In this document: positions 10,388 through 21,549 of the stretch, in pieces
Layout: each line of letters starts with the position of its first letter
Numbering within the stretch: the stretch's first letter is position 1
Origin: an uncultured Planctomycetaceae bacterium
GTDB taxonomy: Bacteria > Planctomycetota > Planctomycetia > Isosphaerales > Isosphaeraceae
NCBI GenBank assembly: GCA_963833985.1
Contig: CAWIAD010000002.1
Coordinates: forward strand, 4,352,001 to 4,416,000
DNA: 64,000 bases
Reading direction: 5' to 3'
Notes under the pieces: model-generated
Databases searched by the model: none
What the model was told of the DNA's origin: nothing
Seen by the model: the letters and a program-made list of their open reading frames with translations, nothing else
Program-made: the position numbers and the translations under genes

Positions 10388-10606
10388 CTTGTGGAGCCTA
10401 TCGGTCTGGCTTCCGTGAGTAAGTCAGGATGAGATTCGCAACCGGCCATCAAAGAAAAAAAATGTGCGTATTTGCATTTCTGCCTTGCAAGTCCCGGGCA
10501 GCCGTTTCCGCCGTCCGAAGTTCGGAACGGGCTTTGCAAACCATGAGAGTCGTGGCCCTATCGTCCGTGGACCGCTCTCTGTGCCCCTCCTTGAAATGAC
10601 AATGCG

Positions 10607-12124
10607 ATGACAGACCTGGTGCCGATTCTTGCTGGAACCACCGTGGCGACGGGTATCGCCGGTCTCGACGACATTCTCAAGGGCGGCCTCACCGCCAACC
10701 GGCTTTATCTTGTGGAGGGTAATCCCGGCTCCGGCAAGACGACGCTGGCGATCCAGTACCTCCTCACTGGAGTCGCACGCGGAGAGAAGGCGCTCTATGT
10801 GACGCTCTCCGAGACGCGCGAAGAGCTTGAATCGGTGGCGGCCTCGCACGGCTGGTCGCTCGAGGGAATCGAGATCGTGGAACTCGTGCCCTCGGAGATC
10901 GATCTCGAGCCGGAAAACCAGTACACGATGTTCAAACCGGCCGACCTGGAGCTGGGCGCAACCACGAAGCGCATCCTCTCCCAGGTGGATCGTGTCAAGC
11001 CGTCACGGATGGTTGTCGACTCGCTTTCAGAGATGCGGCTGCTGGCGCAAAGCCCCTTGCGTTACCGCCGGCAAGTGCTTGCGTTCAAGCAGTATTTCAC
11101 GGGCTGCCGATGTACCGTGCTGTTCCTGGATGATCTCACGTCCGAGGCCTCCGACCTTCAGCTTCAAAGCATCGCCCATGGCGTTCTGAGCCTGGAGCAA
11201 CTCTCGCCGGAGTACGGGGCGGAAAGGCGCAGGCTTCGGGTCATCAAGCTGCGTGGCAGCTCATTTCGTGGCGGATACCATGACTTCATCATCAGCCGGG
11301 GCGGCCTGAGCGTCTTTCCCAGGCTGGTCGCCGCCGACCATGAACACGTTAACCAGTCGATCGACCAGCTTCCCAGCGGGATCCCGGAGCTCGACCAGTT
11401 GCTCGGCGGCGGAATCGAGCACGGGACCAGCATGCTCTTGCTCGGTCCGGCCGGATGCGGCAAGTCGTCGATGGCACTTCAGTTTGCCGTGTCGGCGGCA
11501 TCGCGCGGCGAGCGGGCCGCGATGTTCATCTTCGATGAGCGGCTGGAGACGCTCCAGGCCAGGGCGGCCGGACTCGGAATGCCCTTGCAGAAGCACCTGA
11601 AAACAGGTGCCATCCGGATCCAGTCGGTCGACCCTGGCGAGCTCTCGCCCGGCGAGTTCGCCATGAATGTGCGGCAGGCCGCGGAAGTCGACAGGGATGG
11701 TGTGCGCACCCGGGTGGTCGTGATCGACAGCCTCAACGCCTACATCAACGCCATGCCCGAGGAGCGGTTTCTGGAGATCCAGCTTCACGAGCTGCTCACC
11801 TACCTGGGCCACGAGGGCGTGATCACGCTCATCATTGCCGCGCAGCACGGCATCGTGGGCGAGATGCGTAGCGTCGTCGATACATCGTACCTGGCCGATT
11901 CGGTGATCATGCTGCGTTACTTCGAGGCGTTTGGAGCGGTCCGGCAGGCCGTCTCCGTACTCAAGAAAAGGAGCGGCCCACACGAGCGGGGCATTCGCGA
12001 GCTGACAATGGAGAGCGGTGGACTTCATGTCGGCAGACCGCTCACGGAATTCCAGGGAGTGCTCAGTGGGAAGCCAGTCTTCCTCGGTTCCGACACGTCG
12101 CTCTTGAGGCCGTTCAATGAGTGA
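10607..12124 (+). CDS. KaiC-like double-domain ATPase (KaiC/GvpD/RAD55 family, SY-type)
   Basis: [15 protein letters not shown], second domain [15 protein letters not shown], phosphosite-equivalent [15 protein letters not shown] fingers. Confidence 0.9.
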   Translation: MTDLVPILAGTTVATGIAGLDDILKGGLTANRLYLVEGNPGSGKTTLAIQYLLTGVARGEKALYVTLSETREELESVAASHGWSLEGIEIVELVPSEIDLEPENQYTMFKPADLELGATTKRILSQVDRVKPSRMVVDSLSEMRLLAQSPLRYRRQVLAFKQYFTGCRCTVLFLDDLTSEASDLQLQSIAHGVLSLEQLSPEYGAERRRLRVIKLRGSSFRGGYHDFIISRGGLSVFPRLVAADHEHVNQSIDQLPSGIPELDQLLGGGIEHGTSMLLLGPAGCGKSSMALQFAVSAASRGERAAMFIFDERLETLQARAAGLGMPLQKHLKTGAIRIQSVDPGELSPGEFAMNVRQAAEVDRDGVRTRVVVIDSLNAYINAMPEERFLEIQLHELLTYLGHEGVITLIIAAQHGIVGEMRSVVDTSYLADSVIMLRYFEAFGAVRQAVSVLKKRSGPHERGIRELTMESGGLHVGRPLTEFQGVLSGKPVFLGSDTSLLRPFNE

Positions 12125-14115
12125 TCCGCACTCCGGGATGGCCTGCCAGGATGAAAGAGTGCTGCTCTTGCTGCCCACGCTCCGTGACCAGCAGGTCACT
12201 CGGGGCATCCTGGACGCGGCAGGCATCGCTTCATGCCCATGCTCTGGCATGGACGAGCTGTGCCAGGAAGCCGCGCGCGGAGCCGGAGCAGCCATCGTCA
12301 CTGCGGAGTCCATACTCTGGGGCGGCTTCACGCCCCTCACCATCTTTCTGAGCAGCCAGCCTCCCTGGTCCGACATGCCTTTGATCGTCCTCACGGCTAC
12401 CGCCGACGAGTCCTCGGAACGGATCAATCGCCTGCTCAGCGCCGGCCACATGACCCTGGTGAAGCGCCCCGTCGATGTTTCCGCGCTGGTGACGACCGTG
12501 CAGAGCGCCATACGCGACCGGCGGCGGCAATACGAGGTGCGCCGGCTCATCGCCGAGCACGAGAGGCAGGCAGCCGAGATTCGCGACAGCGAGGAGCGTT
12601 TCCGCACGCTCGCCGATAGCGTGCAGCAGCTCTTCTGGACCACCAGGGCCGATGGACAGTGCGATTACCTGAGCCGGCAATGGGTCGAGTACACGGGTAT
12701 TTCCGAAGCCGAGCAACTGGGGCTGCAATGGCTGGAGCTGGTGATTCACCCGGACGATCAGCAGCGTGCGCTGGCCTGCTGGGAGCGGGCCGTCGCCGGA
12801 GAGGATCGCTACGACCTGGAGTACCGCATGCGCCGATTTGACGGCGTATACCGCTGGTTCAAGACGCGGGGCACACCGCTTCGCGACGAGCAGGGCAAGA
12901 TCAGCCGATGGTTCGGCACCTGCACCGATATCGACGATCAGAAGCAGGCTCAGGAGGCGCTTCGCGACGCCGATCGCAAGAAGGACGAATTCCTGGCGAT
13001 GCTGGCGCATGAACTACGAAACCCGCTGGCGGCCATTGGCAGTGCCGCCTTGCTTCTGGGCTCAAGTGATCCACGGGCCCATACGCCGTGGGCCAAGGAG
13101 GTCATCGACCGCCAGGTGACGCAGCTGGGACGGCTCATCGACGACCTGCTGGACGTCTCGCGAATCACCCAGGGAAAGATCGAGCCTCCGCAAGGAAGTC
13201 GTCGAGGTCTCTCGCGTCCTGACCTATGCCATCGAGTCGGTGCGTCCGCTCATCGAACGGTGCCATCACAGGCTGGAGATCGCCTGCGGCCCGGGGCCTC
13301 TGCGCGTGGAAGCCGACCCGACCCGGCTCGAGCAAATCCTGGTCAACCTGCTGAGCAATGCCGCAAAGTACACCTCGCCCGGGGGACGCATCGTGGTCAG
13401 TACAGTCCACGACGGCTCCCAGGTGCTCATCCGCGTGGCCGACAACGGCATCGGCATCCCGCCGGAAAAGCTGCCCTCGATGTTTGAGCTCTTCACCCAG
13501 GGCGATCGTTCACTGGCACGCACCGAGGGCGGCCTGGGTATCGGGCTCACACTGGTCAAGCGGCTCACGGAGTTCCACGGCGGATCGGTCACGGCCAGAA
13601 GCGATGGCAAAGGCCTCGGGTCGGAGTTCGTTGTCAGATTCCCCTCGGCGGCCCAGTCCGGTCCGGAAGAGCGAGAACCCGCAGCCTTACCGCCCGCCTG
13701 GACCAATCAACCCAAGCACATCCTGGTCGTCGACGACCAGCCGGATGCGGCCTGGGCCTTGAGCAAGCTGCTCGAACGGCTGGGCCACGAGGTCCAGGTG
13801 GCTCACGACGGCCCGGAAGCGCTGACGCTGGCGAATCGGCAAACGCCCGATTGCATCCTTCTGGATATTGGCCTCCCTGGAATTGACGGCTACGATGTGG
13901 CCTGGGAACTGCGAAAAAAAGACGACTTCAAGAAAACCGTCATCATCGCCATCTCCGGCTACGGACAGGAAGAAGACCGCCGGAAGTCGCTCGCCGCCGG
14001 CTTCGATCATCACCTGGTCAAGCCCGTCGATCATGAAGAATTGCTCTCCCTGGTCGGCCGCGCCGGTCTCGACCGCCCCGATCGTGACAGGCGAGAGGCC
14101 GCGGCTCACTTCTGA
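12117..14115 (+). CDS. Hybrid histidine kinase (degenerate REC-PAS-HisKA-HATPase-REC), frameshift near 13185
   Basis: [21 protein letters not shown]; removing one C at GAGCCTC joins GKIELRKEVV to the HATPase/REC ORF 13240-14115; start overlaps the upstream stop. Confidence 0.9.
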
Positions 14116-14351
14116 AACATGATCCTGACTGCTGCCGTCATTCCCACCGCCCGGGTGTCCCGCCTGGTGGCTCACTCCGCCTGAGATATCCGGGAGACCG
14201 CGCACGCCTGCTGCCCCGCACCCGACCCATTTCTCGGCTCACAAGAATCTGACCGCTCTGCCGAATCCTTGACCTAGTGTTGAGTCGGAACGCCTCCATC
14301 AATCGCGCTGTCCTGCGTGCACGATGAAGGCACGTGGTCGGGGCTCGGGTC

Positions 14352-14699
14352 ATGAGCACGGACGAGAGACCAGCGGATCTGCTCGTCGAGGCGATCGGAG
14401 AATTCCGCCTGGAACTCATGCAGTGGATTGATTTTCAGTTGAGTCTGCTCTCCCAGCGGGAAGCCCGGCCTGGGGACGCCGGGGTGGCGGCCGGAGTTGA
14501 CGGCAGCTCCACTCACCGGCACGAGGCCCAGGCCATACCCATGGCGGAGGCGGACGTGCCATTTGCTCCGGCCAGCCCGGCACCGCACGAGGTTTCCGAG
14601 GCTGCAACGCAGGTTGACCCCAGGCTGCGGCTCGACGCCCTGGCCCGAAGGCTGGGAGAGCGAATCCGCCACAGCGAGGAAACACGCAAGGGACCCTGA
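14352..14699 (+). CDS. Hypothetical protein (helical ends, low-complexity middle)
   Basis: MSTDERPADLLVEAIGEFRLELMQWID...DPRLRLDALARRLGERIR; co-oriented with the downstream cluster. Confidence 0.55.
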   Translation: MSTDERPADLLVEAIGEFRLELMQWIDFQLSLLSQREARPGDAGVAAGVDGSSTHRHEAQAIPMAEADVPFAPASPAPHEVSEAATQVDPRLRLDALARRLGERIRHSEETRKGP

Positions 14700-14717
14700 G
14701 GACGTGGAAGCCACAGG

Positions 14718-14823
14718 CTAAATAGCTCCCCATAAGAGGGAAAGTGTGGGACAGCCGCCCTCGGCCGTCCTGAGCCAGCCGAGGGCGGCTGGCCCACATT
14801 CCTGGAGTCGAGGCTCTATTTAG
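14718..14823. mobile_element. 106 bp MITE/REPIN-like element, copy 1
   Basis: Ends CTAAATAG...CTATTTAG; internal GC-rich hairpin (CAGCCGCCCTCGGC...GCCGAGGGCGGCTG); reverse complement matches 46270-46375 with 7 mismatches by hand alignment. Confidence 0.85.
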
Positions 14824-14902
14824 TACGGAAAGAGTGCTGGCACGGCTGGTCCCGCGGTCGCGGTACGGTCGATGACGATGCGAAGTCAAGGAACCAGGCA
14901 GT

Positions 14903-15424
14903 ATGGCCGATGACGAGTCGTTTTGTTTATTTCACTGTGAAGGGCAGGCGTTCGCGGTTGCCGTCGCCAGCGTGGCCGAGATCGCCGAGGTGGACGCCCT
15001 GGTCCGCATCAGCCTCTGTCCTCCGCAGATCGCCGGGCTCTGCCCTTATCATCGGCAGGTCGTGCCCGTGGTGAGCTTCGCGCACGCCATCGCACAGGAG
15101 ACGGTCCCCGACGCCGAGATCCGCCCTGCCGCCGGCCCGTCCCGTGTCGTTGTGCTGATCCTGGATACCAACCAGGGGCTCTGGGGGATCATGATCGATC
15201 GCAAGGGGGTGAGCATCAGCTCCCGGAGACCGGAGCGGACCGAGCCCCGAGAACGAAGCGACGGAGTGGTGACGGCGGGGCACATCGAACACCAGGGGGT
15301 CGTCTACAGCCTGCTCGATGCCGAGCACACCTGGCACGGACTGAGAAACGCGGTGGCCGGCTGGTACGCCTTCCTGAATGAGTCCACCGCGGCCCGGCGC
15401 GTCGGCGCCCAGGTTGCGCTTTGA
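14903..15424 (+). CDS. cheW: CheW-like adaptor protein
   Basis: FCLF..EGQAFAVAVASVAEI..., PPQIAGL..YHRQVVPVVSF, WGIMID, YSLLD; first gene of an MCP-CheA cluster. Confidence 0.8.
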   Translation: MADDESFCLFHCEGQAFAVAVASVAEIAEVDALVRISLCPPQIAGLCPYHRQVVPVVSFAHAIAQETVPDAEIRPAAGPSRVVVLILDTNQGLWGIMIDRKGVSISSRRPERTEPRERSDGVVTAGHIEHQGVVYSLLDAEHTWHGLRNAVAGWYAFLNESTAARRVGAQVAL

Positions 15425-15504
15425 AACCTTGAAAGCGGTTCGGGGCCGGTAAGCCCCGGTATGACAGGGGTCAACAGAGTCTGGCTCTGACTTCGAGGGA
15501 CGGC

Positions 15505-16885
15505 ATGCCGTTGCAAGCTGGGGCGATGGTGCTGGGAGCGATCCTGGGTTTACTGGGCGGGGGCGCGACGATGGCCGCGCTGCTGCTGCTGAGCCTCTCC
15601 GGCAAGATACGCGGTTGGCATCCTGCCCGCGGCGCTGGCCGGGGCTAGCGCGGCCTGGCTGGTCTGCCGCCACGCGCTGGACCGGGCCGCCGACGGCCTG
15701 GAGATGTTGACGAGCGACGAGCACGACAGTGCCGGAACGATGGCTTCACCGCCCGGGATCGGACACGCGGTCCTGGACGGCGAGCTGGCCCGGCTGCACG
15801 AGCGCCTCCAGCAGGCAAGCCGGCTCCAGTACGAGCTGGGGAAGGCGGAGCATACGGCGCGGGTCTTTTGCGCGTCGCTGAATGGATCGGGCTCGCCGGC
15901 CGGTAAGGAAATCAGCATGGGCGACGTCGGGGCGAAGCTGCCGGGCCTACTCGACCGGCTGCGGCAGACGGCGATTGCCATTCATCAGGACGCCGCATCG
16001 CTGGGCGAGGTGAACGAGCATGTCGCCTCGGGAGCGGCCGACCAGTCTGACGCCGTGGGCCGCACCGCGTCGGCGGTCGAGGCGCTCTCGGAGAAGATCG
16101 ATCGCATCTCCACCAGCGCCGAGGAAGCCGCTCAGGCCTGCGAGCGCGCCCGCGACGAGGCGCGCCGCGGGCTCGAGCAGGTGCACAGCGTGATCGAGGG
16201 GATGGACCGCCTGCTTGCCCAGATCGAGACCAACGGCCGCAAGACCAAGCGGCTCGAGGACCGGTCCAACGAGATCGGCGTCATCGTCGACCTGATCCGC
16301 GACATCTCCAGCCGCACCGACATGCTGGCCCTCAACGCCACCATCGAATCCGTCCGCGCCGGCGAGCACGGCCGCGGCTTCGCCGTCGTTGCCGAGGAGA
16401 TCCGCAAGCTCGCCGAACGGACAGCCACCGCCACGCGTGAGATTGGCACCATCGTCGAGGCCATCGAGGTGGATACGCACGAGACGATCCGCGCCCTCGG
16501 CCAGGAGCAGACCGAGATGCAGCGCGAGAGTCAACGCGTGCGTGAGACCGGCTCGGCGCTCGAGCGCATCAGCCAGGTTGCCGAGCACTCCGCACGCCTG
16601 GTCGAAGGGATCTCGCGCTCCACCAACGATCAGGTCGTCGCCACTCAGGACCTGGTGCGGGCCATGCAGCGGATCTCCGAGGTGACCAACCAGACGCTGG
16701 AGCGCACCACGGTCTCGCGGACGGCCCTGCAAGCGCTGGTCAGGTCTTTTGAACCCTGGCAGAAGCTGGCTGCCGGCGGGCTCGCGGGCGAGGACGCCAG
16801 GCCCGATGAGCCAGCGCACGGCGTGCCGCGATTGCACGATTCGCGGAGGGCCCGCAAGCTGGCCGGGGAAGAGGTGGCCCGATGA
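15505..16885 (+). CDS. Methyl-accepting chemotaxis protein with two adjacent TM helices, frameshift near 15605
   Basis: Hairpin tip [44 protein letters not shown] 15505 with GAGGGA RBS gives TM1, and removing one A at GGCAAGATAC joins TM2 ([20 protein letters not shown]) to the ORF at 15704. Confidence 0.88.
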
Positions 16886-19800
16886 CGCGAGCGGCTGAGA
16901 ACCGCCCGGCCGAGCCCGTCTCCCTCTCCAGCCGTCTCGAAGAGGCTCTCGGGCCGATTCGGACAGGCACTCGAGGGCACCTTGCCGCTCTGCCAGCTCG
17001 AGGAGGTTCGCACCGCGATCGATGCCTTGCGGAGCGAGGTCGAGAGCCGCGGCCTGCATGGGCGTTCCACCGCGCTGGGGCGGATCAGCGCGCTCACCGA
17101 GGTCTGGGAATGCCTGGCGGGCGACCCACAGAACCATCCGGACGAGGTTGGCTTTTTCTGCGCCAAGGCCCTCAGCCAGCTTGCCCGCGGGGAAGATCCG
17201 GCGGACAACGGGCACGACGGAATCGTGGAATGGATCCTCGAGCATTCCTCATCCGCCTGGGGCGAATACCTGCAACTCATCGAGAGCAAGCCGCAGGCTG
17301 GCAGCGATCCCGACGCCGCAGGCGACGGATTCGAGCTTCCGCCGGAGCCCATTGACGATGTCCTCGCGGACGCCGACACGGGCCAGGACCTGCTGATCGA
17401 CGCACAATCCTTGCTGAGGCTCTTCCAGGGGGGCACGCCGGACCCTGGCGCTCGGGCCGCGACCGCGGTTCCGGAGCCGCCGGCCAGGGTGACACCTCCG
17501 CCTCCGCACTTCGGTGTCGTCCCTCCGCCTCGGCCCGCCGCGCCCATGCCGGCGCGAGCGAAAGCTCCGGAACGCCCGCCGAAGGAGCCTGCCGCATTCC
17601 AGGTTCCTCCCCTGCCCTCCGAGATCAACCTCGACGAGGAGATCCGCGAAGCCTTCCTGGCCGACACGTCGGACCTGCTGGAACGGATCGAGCCGCGGGT
17701 GCTGGGGCTCGCCCACGAATCAGACCCCGGGCCCTCACTCCGAGAGCTGGGACGCTGCTTTCACACGCTCAAGGGAGCCGCCGGCAGCGTGGGCCTGGGC
17801 GACCTGGCGGCCCTGGTGCACGCCCTGGAGGAACATCTGGAGGAGACCAGCGGACCGGCCTCGCCTGAGCTGATCGATGTGCTCCACCAGACGCTCGGCT
17901 ACCTCGACGGCGTCGTCGGCCTGCTCCGCAACCGCAACGCACGACCCGCCGGCCTGGGCCCCTCCATCGCCAGCGGCGATGCTGCGGGCGGCCGGACGCT
18001 GCCCCTCGAGCAGGCGGCCGTCATGTCCCCGGCCCAGGCCGTCACGACCGCCGGCCCCGATGCCCCGGACTTGCCACTCCAGGGCTCCTCCACCGAGGTG
18101 GCGGCCGCGGAGGGCACCTCGGCCTCTTCCGACGGGCCAATCCGCGTGCCGGCGTCGCGCTTCGATGACCTCATGGACATCGTCTCGGAGCTGATCGCCA
18201 GGCGCAGGCTCTGGAGCGACCAGGCCGGGTCGCTCAAGTCGATGTCCCAGGTGGTTCGCAACTGCCGGGGGCGGATGCTGGCGATCCTCGAGCGGCTGCA
18301 CGAGACCGGCCTGGGACGGGAAAACCGCACGCTCGACACCGCTTCCGGGGTCGACCTGCCCGGACAGATGCGCCGGCTTGGTGAGCTGGCCGACGACCTG
18401 TCGGTGCTGGCCGAGACGGCCCAGGCGGCGGCCCTGCCCCTGGCCGATCATGGCGATGCGCTGGGCCGGCTCACGCTGCAACTGTGGGACGAGCTCCAGC
18501 GGATCCGCATCGTTCCCATTCGCGGCCTCTTCCAGCGGCTGGCGCGCGTGGCCCATGACGCGGCCAGGGTGGAGGGGCGGCACGTCGAGGTGGTGCTCGT
18601 CGGCGAGGAGACCGGGCTCGACCGCGCCGTCCTGGACAAGGCCTTTGAGCCGCTCCTGCACGTGGTTCGCAACGCCGTGGGCCACGGCATTGAAACGGCC
18701 GCCGATCGGCAGGCCGCGGGCAAGCCCGCAGCCGGACGGATCACCCTCGAGGCCCGCAGGGAAGGCAACACGCTGGTCATCTCGGTTCAGGACGACGGCC
18801 GGGGACTGAACCACGAGGCCATCGCCGCCAAGGCGCGGAGGCTCGGGCTGCTGCGCCCCGATGAGAACCCCAGCATCGAACGGCTCAACCACCTCATCTT
18901 CCATTCCGGCTTCTCCACCAAGCAGGAAGCCAACGCCATCTCGGGCCGCGGCGTGGGCATGGACGTCGTGGCGCGCGAGGTGGGGACTCTCAAGGGAACC
19001 ATCGAGCTCCAGACCGAGCAGGGCCGGGGAACGCGGCTGACGATCCGCCTGCCGGCGCGGCTGGCATTGGAGACGGCCATGATCGTCCGGGTCGACGGCC
19101 AGGCCTTCGCGCTGCCGGTCGCCCAGATCGAGTTCGCGCAGCCGCTGGAAGGGGCGCCGTCAAGCGCCGCGGGAACACCGACCAGTCCACCGGAGATCCA
19201 GCAGGTGACGTTCCGGGACCAGCGCATAGCCGTGATCCATGCACGCAAAATGCTGGCGCCGGGCAGTACGTCGCCACCGCCGTGGCCTAAGCTTCTCGTG
19301 GTGCGATCGGCGAGCGGCCTGCTTGGCCTGGCCGTCGACAGCATCGAGGGCACCGAGGACCTGGTGATCAAGTCGCTGGGAGCGCTCCTGGCGGGTCACC
19401 CGGTGATCTCGGGAACCAGTCTCTCGCTCACAGGCGAGGTGATCACGATTCTCAATTCCTCCGGCCTGGAACGCTGGTCCAACGGTGGAGAGCCCCAGCA
19501 ACCGGCGGAATTCTCGGGGTCCGCCCCCGCGCTGAAGCTGAAGCAGCGTGCTGGCGAGAAGGTGCTTGTGGTCGACGATTCCATCAGCGTCCGGCGGGTG
19601 ATTGTCAGACAGCTCCGCCGCCTGGGTCTGGAAGTCGAGGAGGCCTCGGACGGGCTGGAGGCGCTGGGACGGCTGCGGTCGCGCTCTTATCAGCTGGTGG
19701 TGACCGACCTGGAGATGCCGCGCCTCGACGGCTTCGAGCTGCTGGCCGAACTGAAACGGCATCCCCCGCTGGCGGCGATACCGGTGATCGCCGCAAGCAC

Positions 19801-19927
19801 GAAGCGAGACGAGGAAACCCAGAAGCGGGTGCTTGCCCTGGGGGCCAGGGCGTTTCTGGCCAAGCCGGTAGACCCCTCTGCCCTGGCACAGGCCGTTGCA
19901 CCGCTCCTTACTCCTGCGGGCGGCTGA
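16882..19927 (+). CDS. cheA: CheA-type hybrid kinase (Hpt, dimerisation, HATPase, CheW, REC), frameshift near 16954
   Basis: Hpt [39 protein letters not shown], CheW domain, REC VVDDS..TDLEMP..KP; ATGA overlap with the MCP stop; Pro-rich linker. Confidence 0.92.
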
Positions 19928-19955
19928 AGTCGACCGATCCATTCTCGGAGAAATC

Positions 19956-21497
19956 ATGGAAAACCCGCTGATCCTCGTGATCGACGACAGCCAGACCATC
20001 CGCAAGATGGTCGAGTGCCACCTCTCTCAGGCCGGCTACCGGGTGTCCCTGGCGCCTGACGCCGAGCAGGGTTTGCAGATGGCGCGCACGCTGCAACCCG
20101 ACCTGATTCTCCTGGACCACCAGCTTCCCGGAACCACCGGAGACGAGGTGTGCCGCAAGCTGCTGGCCGAAGAGCTGACCTGCCGCGTGCCCGTGGTCAT
20201 CAGCTCGGCGATGCGGAACCGGGCCTTCGCCCAGTACACCGAGTTCCCCAACGTCGTCGACCAGATCCCCAAGCCGTTCACTCCCGAGCTGCTCAAGAGC
20301 GGCGTGTCCAATGCGCTCCAGACAGGGGCGATGGTCGTGCAGGCCCAGCGGACCGGCTGCGCCATGCCCGAGGCCGTGGGCGAGGCCCATGAGGCCACGC
20401 TCGAGGGGAGCACCGGCGCATTCCCCCTGCCCATGGTGCTGGCGTTTCTGAACAACCTCCAGCAGAGCGGCCGGCTCACCCTGGAAACCGGCAACGATCG
20501 GATTCGCTTCGCACTCTCCGGGGGCAGGGTGCAGGCCGTCTACTCGCCCACGATCGCCGCGGATCGTCTCGAGGGGAGCCTGCCGGATGACCTGGTGGAC
20601 CTGGGGCCGCTCCTGGGCCTGACTCTGGGGGAACAGCAAGACCCATCGATGAGCGGCCTGGTGAAGATGCTGGAGCGCAGCCTTGCCGACCCGCGCCGGC
20701 TCCGCGCCTTGTTACGGTTCCAGGCCGCCTGGCTGACCTATTCCGGTCAGGCCGGCGAGCCCGGCAAGTTCCACTTCGAGCCGGTGAACGTGCTCCCTCC
20801 CATGTTCCAGGCCCTGCCGCTCCAGCTCAGCGCCGCTGCCCTGCTGGTGGACGGCACGCGCTACTCGGGCGCCCGGTTCGACGCCGAGGAGTGCGGGCAA
20901 ATGGTCTTCGCGCGGCAGGCGGCGCGAGGAGGCAACTCCGACCGCGCTGGGCTCTCCAATGCCGAGATCAAGGTCTACACGCTCCTGGATGGCAGCCGTT
21001 CGTTGAAGGATGTTTGCCGCGAGGCCGGGCTCTCCCTGGCGGACGTGGCCGCCACCGCCCACGGCCTGGAACTGGCCGGCATGCTCGAGCGGCGGAATCC
21101 GTCGTCCACCGAGTCCATCCTGGCGCTCGACGACGACCCCGAGACCGTCCGCCTGATCCAGCGCGTGCTCGGCCCCGAAGGAACCAACCATCAGCTCAAG
21201 GTCGTGCGCGATCGCGTGGCCGCGCAGCTCCTCTTCCGCCGCCAGACCTTCAACCTCGTCATCATGGCGATCGACCGGCCAGAGCAGGAGGCCTTTTTCC
21301 AGGCTTGCAAGCGTCAGCATGGCTCGGGATGCCACTACGTCGGCATCTCCAGCATCGAGGATGAGAACGAGCTGTCGCGGCTGGACGCGATGGGGCTCGA
21401 CGGCGTGCTCCATCGGCCGGTGAGCGAGGGCGACCTGCTCGCCACGGTGAAGCATCTCTTGAAAATGGCTCGAGCCACCATGGCCGGCGTCGCGTGA
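19956..21497 (+). CDS. Response regulator REC-DUF4388/PATAN-wHTH-like-pseudoREC
   Basis: N-terminal REC (VIDDS, LLDHQLP, KP); LEGSTGAFPLPMVLAFLNNLQQSGRLTL typical of DUF4388/PATAN; C-terminal REC-like domain lacking the phospho-Asp; GGAGA RBS. Confidence 0.82.
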   Translation: MENPLILVIDDSQTIRKMVECHLSQAGYRVSLAPDAEQGLQMARTLQPDLILLDHQLPGTTGDEVCRKLLAEELTCRVPVVISSAMRNRAFAQYTEFPNVVDQIPKPFTPELLKSGVSNALQTGAMVVQAQRTGCAMPEAVGEAHEATLEGSTGAFPLPMVLAFLNNLQQSGRLTLETGNDRIRFALSGGRVQAVYSPTIAADRLEGSLPDDLVDLGPLLGLTLGEQQDPSMSGLVKMLERSLADPRRLRALLRFQAAWLTYSGQAGEPGKFHFEPVNVLPPMFQALPLQLSAAALLVDGTRYSGARFDAEECGQMVFARQAARGGNSDRAGLSNAEIKVYTLLDGSRSLKDVCREAGLSLADVAATAHGLELAGMLERRNPSSTESILALDDDPETVRLIQRVLGPEGTNHQLKVVRDRVAAQLLFRRQTFNLVIMAIDRPEQEAFFQACKRQHGSGCHYVGISSIEDENELSRLDAMGLDGVLHRPVSEGDLLATVKHLLKMARATMAGVA

Positions 21498-21549
21498 GCG
21501 GACGGCCGGAAGGACAATGCGCGCGGTGAACGCGCGCGGAGTGACCAGG

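Noticed and set aside
13170..13200. Programmed frameshifting in the kinase or other split genes
   Set aside because: No canonical slippery heptamers; indels are spread over unrelated genes, better explained by assembly error
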